DNA of 64,000 nucleotides from Candidatus Bathyarchaeota archaeon. GTDB lineage: Archaea; Thermoproteota; Bathyarchaeia; Bathyarchaeales; Bathycorpusculaceae. The translations under genes and the position numbers were made by a program. Below the pieces are notes generated by a model that did no database searches, was not told the DNA's origin, and saw only the letters and a program-made list of their open reading frames with translations. The DNA lies in contig OY969706.1 in the NCBI GenBank assembly GCA_963702095.1, forward strand, positions 1,664,001 through 1,728,000. The letters run 5' to 3'. Shown here piece after piece: positions 52,480-60,628 of the stretch (positions within the stretch are counted from its first letter, which is position 1; every line of letters begins with the position of its first letter).

Positions 52480-53159
52480 ATGTTTGAATGGCTAGCAAAC
52501 CCCTACTACGTGTCCCAGATCCTTCAAGGTCTGGCTTTAACCATAGAGATAACCCTTTTTGGCGTTGCTCTGGGGTTAATATTGGGAACACTCGCTAGCC
52601 ATCGGAGACCTCTACGGCGGAAAAGCGCCCAAAGGCGCAATTGCGGTTTACGTCGAATTCTTCAGGGGAAGCCCGCTCTTCATACAAATATTCATAGCCG
52701 TTTACACCGTACCTGCCCTGCTTGGCCTGCAGATTGATCATCTGTTCATGGCCATTCCTGGTTTTTGGATTAAACAGCGCTGCATATCAGAAAGGGTACA
52801 TGAAAGGAGCTATGCAAACCATACTTGACGACCAAATGGCTGCGGGTTTATCCGTGGGCATGTCTAAATGGCAGACTCTTCGCTTTGTAATTTTACCACA
52901 AGCTTACCGCATAGTTATCCCATCTTGGACAAACGAGTTCTGTTCATTAACAAAAAGCTCCGCGGTCCTAGGCGTTATTGGGTTCTATGATTTAATGTCT
53001 GTGGGCACAAGCATTTCACATAGGACTATGGAGATTCTTGCCACTTGGATAGTGATAGGCCTCATTTATTTGGCATGGATTACTGCTTTCGCAAAAGTAA
53101 TGGACGTCATTTACGAGAAAAAGAAGATTCCGGGAATACAGTTGGAAATGCAGTCTTAG
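52480..53159 (+). CDS. Amino-acid ABC permease; two +1 frameshifts (~52594 and ~52754)
   Basis: The middle segment in the third frame reads LAIGDLYGG...YVEFFRGSPLFIQ...HLFMA and joins the two ORFs. Confidence 0.8.
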
Positions 53160-53340
53160 GCTTTCAGTTTTGAGTAGCCACACCATGTTTTTGCCTAAAG
53201 TCTCCATCGTCGCCAACCCTTCCTCATCCTTCTCGACGTCGCCTGCAGCTCTGCCTACGCTGACGTTCCAGTATATGGAGCCCGAAATAATTATTTCGCT
53301 AATGAGGAAGAAGCGGGTGATGGCATCAAATGTTGGGACT
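53160..53340 (-). pseudogene. C-terminal remnant of a flavodoxin-fold (iron-sulfur flavoprotein / FMN reductase) gene
   Basis: Manual translation VPTFDAITRFFLISEIIISGSIYWNVSVGRAAGDVEKDEEGLATMETLGKNMVWLLK; N-terminal portion missing. Confidence 0.72.
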
Positions 53341-53555
53341 GCTCAAGCTCCGCGTACCATATGCGCTTGCACTGTTTGGTACCACCTACCTATACCCGCC
53401 TATGGGCGATATTTAAGGTTGAGGCAATGAAGGATTTTTCGTTTAGGTTCCTTGACTAGCGATTAGTCGCCAATTTTGTGAGCTATCAAGCTGTTGATTA
53501 GAATTAGCAAAAAAAAGGAAAAAGGGAAAGGATTTTTGGTTTTGTTTTTTACCGC

Positions 53556-56210
53556 TTATTTCTTCCGAAGGATAAGTAAACCGACGATGACTACCACGAT
53601 GATGATAGCTATTACGCCAGCCGCCATGTAGGTTAACAAATCAGCAGTTGTAGCTAAGCCAGTTTGCGGTTGCTGAGTTGGTTGTGGAGTTGCTGCTTCG
53701 CCTGCATAGAAGTAAGTCGTTGCAGACGATGGATAGTACGAGTTGGAACCGTCAAAGCTTGCGATCACTTGGAAAGTGCCTGAGATGTCAGGAGTCCAGA
53801 CGAATGCGTAAGTGCCATCAACAGTCTTTGTTGAACCGATCTGGCGGTAGTTGCCGTTAGAGTCGACTACGCTGATTGTCACTGAAACACCGGTGGTATC
53901 CATTGGGATTGGCTGTTGCTGGTAGACATGTTCCATGAATTTGCTTTGGCTTTCGTCAGATACGCATGGTACGCCGTTGGGGAAGTTAGCTGCAACTGCA
54001 TGTTGCTTTGAACCTTCAGCAATGTCGGTTACTCTGCCAGTGATGGTAATCGGGGAAGCTGTTGAAACGCCGACTTGTGGAGCAGATATAGTGGTTTGGC
54101 TTGGACCTTTACCGAAAGCATAGAGTTGACTGTCATACATGTTCAAAGAGAACAAGATGCCATAGGCGATTGATGAAGAGCGAGTGAAAGTTCCAAGTTC
54201 AGTCCATACAGGTGATCCATCGGTCAAGTTGAGAGCTATCATTTGTGCGCCGTGGAATAGCGGTGGGTTGTATTCGTGTCCTACTGGTAAGTATGCGACG
54301 TCGCTTGAGAAGCATGCGCAGTTAAAGACCCAGAAAGGCCAGATACCGTAAGGTGTCTCAATGCCCGGGTCGCCCAGTATCTTTGTTGTGTTTGTGTACC
54401 ACAGCAGTGCACCTGACTTTGCGTCATGGCACCAGACGTCTCCTCCGAGACCCTCAGTGATTAGTTTGCCGTTTGCAACGTAGGGTTTGAGGCTGAAGAG
54501 GTCGTAGTAGTTTGGTTCTGCACCGTTATCGCCTGCAAGGGTTGCTGTCCAAACCTTGGTTCCTGAGCGTGCATCGATTGCATCGACGACGTAGTTGACG
54601 TCGTTCATGTTGAAGATGATGCCTTCACCGTATACCTGAGAAGTTCTTGTGTAGGGCAGGAATGATTGGAAGCCACCATCGTAGGTAAAGTTCTTGCACC
54701 ATAGTTGAGAGCCTGAGTCTGCATCGAAGCTTGCTGCTACTAGCCAACCTGCTGATTCACCACCGACACCCTGGCCGTGGACGAAGCCGCCTGTCATAAC
54801 GACTGCATTGCCAGTAATGGAGCTAACTGCCATAGCGGGGTTTATAGCTGCACCTGAGATGTCTGTTGGTACTGCAACTGACCACATGTAACCTGTCTTC
54901 ATTTCGCGGACTGTATTTCGCGCTGGTTGCCATGAACCACCGGTTTGACCGATAGCCATAGTCATGTTCACACAGGTTAAGTGTGGACCAGTACCGTTGA
55001 CAACTTTACTTGTGCCCACAACTGGGTAGACGGTTTCAGTCCATGCGCCTACAGTATTGTTTAGGAAGTAGCCGATCAAGTTACCGTTCGCATCAGGTCT
55101 AAGGGTTAGAGCTGAGCCGTTAACGATACTTAGGACGTACTCTCCGTTCAGTGCATCATACATGTTCCATTGGGTAGTGCCTGATTGCTGTTTAAACGTA
55201 GTTCCTCCAGTGTCACTTGCTGGGAGCGTACCTGTTGTCCAGATGAATGGACCGATAGTGCCGTACTGGTTGATTTGGCCATATCTAGTAGTCATGCCGC
55301 ATCTCAAAGTGTTAGTAGTGTTAATCGTGTACATTGTTTCGCCAGTGTAGATGTTAACTGCCTGAATACCGTGACCCTGGTTTGTGCCCATAGTTATGTC
55401 AAAAGTCTGCGAGTACAAGATGCCGTTAATGATAACTGGAGCGTATTGTGGCTGGTATTGTCTAGTGGACCAGTAGTGACCTGTGTCTTCAGTGCCGCCT
55501 GCATCGCCGCCGACTACACCGCCGTTCGCCCAGACCTTAGTCCAGAGAACGTCGCCAGAAGTAACGGATGGTGTGTAGGGGTTACAGAAGCTGCTAGCAT
55601 TGTAGGAGCCAGTTGTTGCGAAGGTTACGGAGCCAAAGCCTAGCCATGGTCCGCAAATCTTGTACCATTCTTGAACGTTTTCAGCATTTACTGGAGTCTC
55701 CCACCAAGCTGTTGGCAACGGAGTAATCGGGTATGAACTTCGAGAGATAGCTTCCTCTTGAACAACGAGTGTAACTTTTTCGCTTTGACTGGGTGCATTG
55801 GTTAAGTTTGCCCATCGGCTGGTTCCTGTGAGTACTTGTCCACCATAGAAGAACTGGAACGTCCAGTTACCCACATGGTCAGGGACAAATGTAGTGTATG
55901 AGCCGCCAGTGGTATCGCCAATAAACGGACCCAACGTCTTGGTTGTGCCATCAGGATTCGTCTGAACAACCGTCATGTTGACGGGCCTTTCACTAGTTTC
56001 CATAGGTGTTGCTAAGAAGAAGTTGACGGTAACAGTTTGACCGACGCCTGCGGGATTTGGAGCAACGTTTAGGTAAGCATAAGTCGGAATTTCGGTGCCT
56101 GCTGGTGGATAGACTTGCGCTGCGTTTGGAGCCATAAGAACTGAAGCTGCCATTGATAGGATTAGAATTGTCGAAATTAAAATCGCGGATTTATTTCTAA
56201 GGGTTTGCAT
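53556..56210 (-). CDS. Large PQQ-like beta-propeller surface protein with Ig-like flanks and C-terminal TM
   Basis: Signal peptide, PNP.GVGQ, repeated D..(S/T)G..(L/V)W blades, PTQ linker, TM followed by RKK. Confidence 0.85.
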   Translation of the reverse strand: MQTLRNKSAILISTILILSMAASVLMAPNAAQVYPPAGTEIPTYAYLNVAPNPAGVGQTVTVNFFLATPMETSERPVNMTVVQTNPDGTTKTLGPFIGDTTGGSYTTFVPDHVGNWTFQFFYGGQVLTGTSRWANLTNAPSQSEKVTLVVQEEAISRSSYPITPLPTAWWETPVNAENVQEWYKICGPWLGFGSVTFATTGSYNASSFCNPYTPSVTSGDVLWTKVWANGGVVGGDAGGTEDTGHYWSTRQYQPQYAPVIINGILYSQTFDITMGTNQGHGIQAVNIYTGETMYTINTTNTLRCGMTTRYGQINQYGTIGPFIWTTGTLPASDTGGTTFKQQSGTTQWNMYDALNGEYVLSIVNGSALTLRPDANGNLIGYFLNNTVGAWTETVYPVVGTSKVVNGTGPHLTCVNMTMAIGQTGGSWQPARNTVREMKTGYMWSVAVPTDISGAAINPAMAVSSITGNAVVMTGGFVHGQGVGGESAGWLVAASFDADSGSQLWCKNFTYDGGFQSFLPYTRTSQVYGEGIIFNMNDVNYVVDAIDARSGTKVWTATLAGDNGAEPNYYDLFSLKPYVANGKLITEGLGGDVWCHDAKSGALLWYTNTTKILGDPGIETPYGIWPFWVFNCACFSSDVAYLPVGHEYNPPLFHGAQMIALNLTDGSPVWTELGTFTRSSSIAYGILFSLNMYDSQLYAFGKGPSQTTISAPQVGVSTASPITITGRVTDIAEGSKQHAVAANFPNGVPCVSDESQSKFMEHVYQQQPIPMDTTGVSVTISVVDSNGNYRQIGSTKTVDGTYAFVWTPDISGTFQVIASFDGSNSYYPSSATTYFYAGEAATPQPTQQPQTGLATTADLLTYMAAGVIAIIIVVVIVGLLILRKK

Positions 56211-56237
56211 TTTTTTCTTTTCTTCCTTTTGTATTTT

Positions 56238-56275
56238 GGGAACGAGTCAAGGGTTGATACTTGCTCGTTCTTCCC
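56238..56275 (-). promoter_or_regulatory. Stem-loop in the putative 5' leader of the 884-aa surface protein gene
   Basis: gggaacgagtcaag-ggttgata-cttgctcgttc(tt)ccc inverted repeat between a TTATAAATA box (56295-56303) and the ATG (56210). Confidence 0.5.
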
Positions 56276-56542
56276 ACCTTATCAGCGGCCCTAGTATTTA
56301 TAACTTAGCAATTCATGGGGGTTGGCTTCGCAAAATTGTTATTTTCATAAGATAGCTTTGGATGCGATACATTTTTTTAGCCCATAATTTGTATTTTTAT
56401 TAGGAAATAATGTTTCAGAAAATTAGATTTCATCTAGTAAAGGACAAGAAACTGCACCATTTTTAGTAAACAAAATGGATATTTAAGAAAAGGCTAACCT
56501 TTAAGGATCCAAAAGGAAAAGAAAATCCCCAAAGAGAAAAGG

Positions 56543-57830
56543 TTAGCTGTACGCTTCTTCGCCATGTTGGCTTAAATCCAAGCCTTCATCCTCTTCTTTT
56601 GGACTAACCCTCAGAGGCGAAAACAAATCCACCAACCGCAAAAGCAAATATGAACCCGCAAACGCGAAAGCCCCAACAACCACCACAGCTAAGACCTGAA
56701 TACCCAGTTGAGCAGGATTACCATAGAACAAACCGCTCACGGCAGGATTAACGGCTGCTGTTGCAAACAAACCCACCGAGACCGCACCGATTATACCGCC
56801 TATGCCGTGACAGGCAAAAACGTCGAGTGTATCATCGATTCTTGACCTGCCCGCACGCCAGTTAGCAACCAAATTAGAAATTATACCCGCTGCTAAACCA
56901 ATGATGACTGCAGACGTTAAATCAATGTATCCTGCCGCCGCCGTGACAGCTGCCATACCGCACACTGCCCCCACTGAGATGCCGATTGCAGAAGGCTTGC
57001 CTTTAATGACCCAGTCGAGAAGCATCCAGCTTACCGCAGCCGCTGCCGCAGCCAAATTGGTGGCGACGACCGCTGAAACCGCGATGCCGTCTGCCGCCAA
57101 CGCGCTGCCGCCGTTAAATCCGAACCAGCCAAACCACAATAATCCAGCGCCCAAGATGACGTAGGGTATGTTTGTAGGTTTGAATTCCGTTGCCAAAGAT
57201 TGGGCGGCACCTGCCGTTTTTTTATCAAGTGCTTTGAGTTGGTCTTTCCAGTACACGCAACCCTGTCTTCTGCCGACAATCAGTGCTGCAGCCAACGCTG
57301 AAACACCTGCAGTAACGTGGACGACGATGCCTCCAGCGAAGTCCCATGCGCCCAGGAGGTGTAGCCAGCCGCTGGCGTTCCATATCCAATGCGCGATTGG
57401 AGAGTAGATCAGGGTGGACCAGAGCACGACGAAAATAAGGAGGGATTTGAAGCGGATGCGTTCAGCGCAGGCGCCTATGATGAGTGCCGGGGTGATTGCG
57501 GCGAATTTAAGCTGGAAGGCAAAGAACAGAAATTCTGGGATGCCTGCTGCGTAGGTGGGGTTGGTTTTGGTTATTGTGATGCCGTGTAAACCTACAAGGG
57601 ACAGGTTGCCGATGACGCCGCCGACGCTTGGAGCGAAAACCAGGCTGTAGCCCCAGAAGAACCATACTAGGCTGACGACGGCGAAGATGGCGATGCATTG
57701 TACGAGGGTGGAGACAAGGTTTTTTCTGCGGACTAATCCGCCGTAGAAGAAGGCGAGGGCTGGTGTCATAAGCATGACGAGTGCTGTTGACATGAGTACC
57801 CATGCCTAGGTCTGCTGCGTTGATAGCCAT
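56543..57830 (-). CDS. amt: Ammonium transporter; +1 frameshift near 57808
   Basis: MAINAAD./AWVLMSTALV.LMTP.LAFFYGG, DFAGG.VVH, WFGWFGFNGGS, DD.LDVF..HG; twin His intact. Confidence 0.92.
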
Positions 57831-58101
57831 CTGTTTCCCTGTTTTTGCTCTTGTTTGTTCATCAAGTGTGGTAAAACTGGTATTTAAACTATGCATCCGC
57901 ATTGATTAAAAGCTGAAAAAACGACAATTGTCAAAGAATAAGTTTCTATGCCCCAAATTTAATCAACACTCCTGCATGTCCGCACCATTTAATCGCAAAA
58001 ATGTCCAAAAAACCGCTCCCACTACTCAAAATGTCAAACAGAAAAAATGGCAGTAAGGATTAAACGAAAACATCTATCAAAGGGCAACAGTCTTGAGTGC
58101 T

Positions 58102-58225
58102 CTGCCTGTGAAAGCTGCATAACCGGCCAGCAACCCAACGGCATTACGGAAACAAAAAAGCAGTAGCGGGCACAAACCGCGTGTTGTGGTTGTGTGTAGG
58201 AGAATCCCCAGCAACATCAAATAAA
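58102..58225 (+). repeat. Dispersed intergenic repeat family B, copy B3
   Basis: cagcaacccaac...caaaaaagcag...gcacaaaccgc.tgttgtggttgtgtgtagg aligns with the reverse complement of 59941-60070. Confidence 0.7.
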
Positions 58226-58340
58226 AAAGTTTTACCTACTGCAAAAGCAAACGCTAAACCTCTACAACCGCCGATTGGTTAAGCATATTAGCACCAGCTT
58301 GCATTGGCTGTTTAATGTAATTTAACTAAAAAAACAGTCG

Positions 58341-58374
58341 ATGCATGCTTCCACATCCACATAAAGAGAGAAAA
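58341..58374 (-). repeat. Collapsed family A derivative (left end fused to right end)
   Basis: Reverse complement ttttctctctttatgtggatgtggaagcatgcat equals the A1 left end (tttctttatgtgg) joined to the A1 right end (tgtggatgtggaagcatgtat). Confidence 0.65.
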
Positions 58375-58417
58375 CCGATGAAATTATACCTAACCCCGCC
58401 CTAATATTTGGGCAACC

Positions 58418-59125
58418 ATGAACCCCACCGAAAAGGTCGCGTCAGCAACCGCAATTGTTGCACTTATCCTAGTTCTAATGTTATCCAACAGCTCTGTCTA
58501 TGCCACAGCAGAGGAGCCAACCCAATTCACATCCGCCACCAAATTCGCCATCCCACTCCAGAACAGCACCATCACGTTTGCCCTCAACGGCACCTACACC
58601 TCGGCGACGCTTGACAAGGACACATGGGTCTTTAAAGGACTGCGGTTTGACGACCCACAAATCCCATATTTTGACTTAAGCGGGGTGCAAAGCGTTGGCG
58701 ACTTACACATTTCAGCGCAGAACTGTAATTTGACAGTGTGGATTTACTTAAACCTCAACTTCTCCTTGCCAATAAGCATGCTCAACTATTACGTGGAGGG
58801 CGACGGCGTTCAAACCGTCAACTTGGGCTTAAACACCACTAGCCCAACCCACCCCAGCGAATGGGGAGTGATAGCCGGGGACGACTTGTTTTTGTCGCAA
58901 GGGCAAAGTTGGGCACTTCAACCCGACAACACCATAACTGTCCACCCGCCAAACCCAGGCAATGTTACCGTCATGCACTATGACTTCAACAACTCCGAGT
59001 TTCAGGAATCGCTGCCTTTTTGGCTACAGCACTATGTAGCTTTGCTTACCGTTGCAGTGGTGGCTGCGGTGGTTGCTGTGACAGTTGTAATCAGGTTGAG
59101 AAAACGCAAAGCAGGTTCAAAGTAG
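58418..59125 (+). CDS. Hypothetical surface-anchored protein
   Basis: Signal peptide, beta-rich body, C-terminal TM followed by RLRKRK. Confidence 0.7.
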   Translation: MNPTEKVASATAIVALILVLMLSNSSVYATAEEPTQFTSATKFAIPLQNSTITFALNGTYTSATLDKDTWVFKGLRFDDPQIPYFDLSGVQSVGDLHISAQNCNLTVWIYLNLNFSLPISMLNYYVEGDGVQTVNLGLNTTSPTHPSEWGVIAGDDLFLSQGQSWALQPDNTITVHPPNPGNVTVMHYDFNNSEFQESLPFWLQHYVALLTVAVVAAVVAVTVVIRLRKRKAGSK

Positions 59126-59127
59126 CG

Positions 59128-59904
59128 TTAAGGCGGGGGTTCCTTGCACTCCCTGTCTTTTTCCCTGTTGGGTTTGTACGGTATAGTTAAGACGTCTTTG
59201 ACGCGGTTAGTAATCACTGGACCCAACCCATGCACCGCCTTCTCCCAATCATCCACATTAATCAACGCGTTCATCGGCGTCTGATAAGAATCCAAAATCG
59301 CCGTCGCCTTCTCACGTCCAATACTTGGCAGACTCGCCACAAAATACACTTGCGCGTCCGAGAGGGTCTCGCATTTTTTGAATGCATGCACCACTGCACT
59401 GCGTTTCTCCACGACCTGTTCTTGGCGGGCGGCGGTGTAGAGGAAGTCGATGGTTTCTTTTTGACTGGCGGTGTTGACGATGGCGATGCCGTTTTTGGCG
59501 AGGTTAAACATGGCGCCCCAGATTGAGGCGGGAGATATGCTGCTGTACTTGTAGATGATGGGCAAGTAACCTTCGAGAACTATGAGTGATTTGGGGTAAA
59601 CGTCTTTTAAGCGGAAAAGCTGCTCAAAAAGATAGCGGCGGGTGAGAGTGTATACGAAGTCGTTGACGGTTTTGCGTTCCACCGCACATTGGTCAGAGAG
59701 GATGTAGTCGCCTTTTTCAAGCATCTGCGTTTTCACGGTGGCGCCTTTTTCGGTTAAGCCTTGGGCGATTTTTTTGGCGCTGCTGGCTTCGCGGCTATCC
59801 ATGATGATGGTTGGTTCTTCACTGGGCTTCTTTTTTTCGTTGATAAATGGCACGAGCGTTTCGGATCCTGACATTTTGGTGCAACTCTTGTTTAGGATAC
59901 CCAT
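59128..59904 (-). CDS. xpf: XPF/ERCC4 structure-specific endonuclease (short form)
   Basis: MDSRE, GDYIL, VERKT.NDF, HhH motifs LPSIG and VHGLG. Confidence 0.88.
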   Translation of the reverse strand: MGILNKSCTKMSGSETLVPFINEKKKPSEEPTIIMDSREASSAKKIAQGLTEKGATVKTQMLEKGDYILSDQCAVERKTVNDFVYTLTRRYLFEQLFRLKDVYPKSLIVLEGYLPIIYKYSSISPASIWGAMFNLAKNGIAIVNTASQKETIDFLYTAARQEQVVEKRSAVVHAFKKCETLSDAQVYFVASLPSIGREKATAILDSYQTPMNALINVDDWEKAVHGLGPVITNRVKDVLTIPYKPNREKDRECKEPPP

Positions 59905-59940
59905 GTGGGGGGTTTATGTTTTTATCGCTTTGAAGGTGTG

Positions 59941-60070
59941 TTTTGTGTTAGTAGTTGTTGGTGAAGAGTGCCTATACACAACAACAACCAGCGGGCTGTG
60001 TCGGTGGCTGCTTTTTTGTGTCTGTGTTGGTTTTGGGTTGCTTGTTGGTTGTGGCATTTTCCTCAAGTAG
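59941..60070 (-). repeat. Dispersed intergenic repeat family B, copy B4
   Basis: Reverse complement ctacttgagga...ccacaacc...gcaacccaa...caaaaaagcag...ggcactct...ccaacaa matches B1 landmarks. Confidence 0.75.
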
Positions 60071-60145
60071 TTCGTTTCTGCAGGGATTAGATGCCTTGCT
60101 TTTGGGGTCTTGCTTCTTCTTGATTGGGCAAATTGGTTTTTTGAC

Positions 60146-60315
60146 TTTATGTGGGTGTGGCGGTTTGTGGGGTGCCACAGACTGCAACTGGAGGCACTGC
60201 TTTTGGGGGTTGCAATGTTTTTCTTGTCTGTCGGGGTGTGGCAACGGCGTTTTCCTCCACACGGGATACATGGTTCCATGCAGAAGCGGTCGGGATGTGT
60301 TGTGAATCCATGCAC
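60146..60315 (+). repeat. Dispersed intergenic repeat family A, copy A3
   Basis: tttatgtgggtgtggcggttt...gactgcaactgga...tacatggttccatgca...gatgtgttgtgaa; about four 1-nt gaps versus A2. Confidence 0.88.
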
Positions 60316-60628
60316 CGTCTGGAAATAATTCCACACCTCAGCAAAGAAAAAGAGTTCAAACGGCAAAGCAATTTTTGACCACTGATAAAGGCGGTATATC
60401 GCAGGTTCTGTTGCTTTCCAATCTGTCCCCTTTCCTTATGGATAGAAGACTGTTTTAACCACTTAAACCTCAAAGGGTAAATATGCATCGTTAACCAATT
60501 GCACTAAATTCGTCCAATAACACGTGTGCTGAAATGCACTAATGAACCTGGAGATAGCATTCTACTTAAATTGCTGATATGAACTAAGAAAATAGTTAAT
60601 AACTTAAAGAGAAATAATCCACCATAAA

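Noticed and set aside
29331-60315. Repeats as CRISPR array or classic MITE
   Set aside because: No regularly spaced 25-45-nt direct repeats with spacers and no cas genes; no clear terminal inverted repeats or target-site duplications.
29303-60366. Similar Cys/His-rich small ORFs (for example C.EPC..CG.K at 29303-29584, 46009-46230, 59914-60366) as a peptide/RiPP family
   Set aside because: Similarity appears in several frames and on both strands, starts and stops are not conserved, and copy A3 switches frame. It is a by-product of the DNA repeat.
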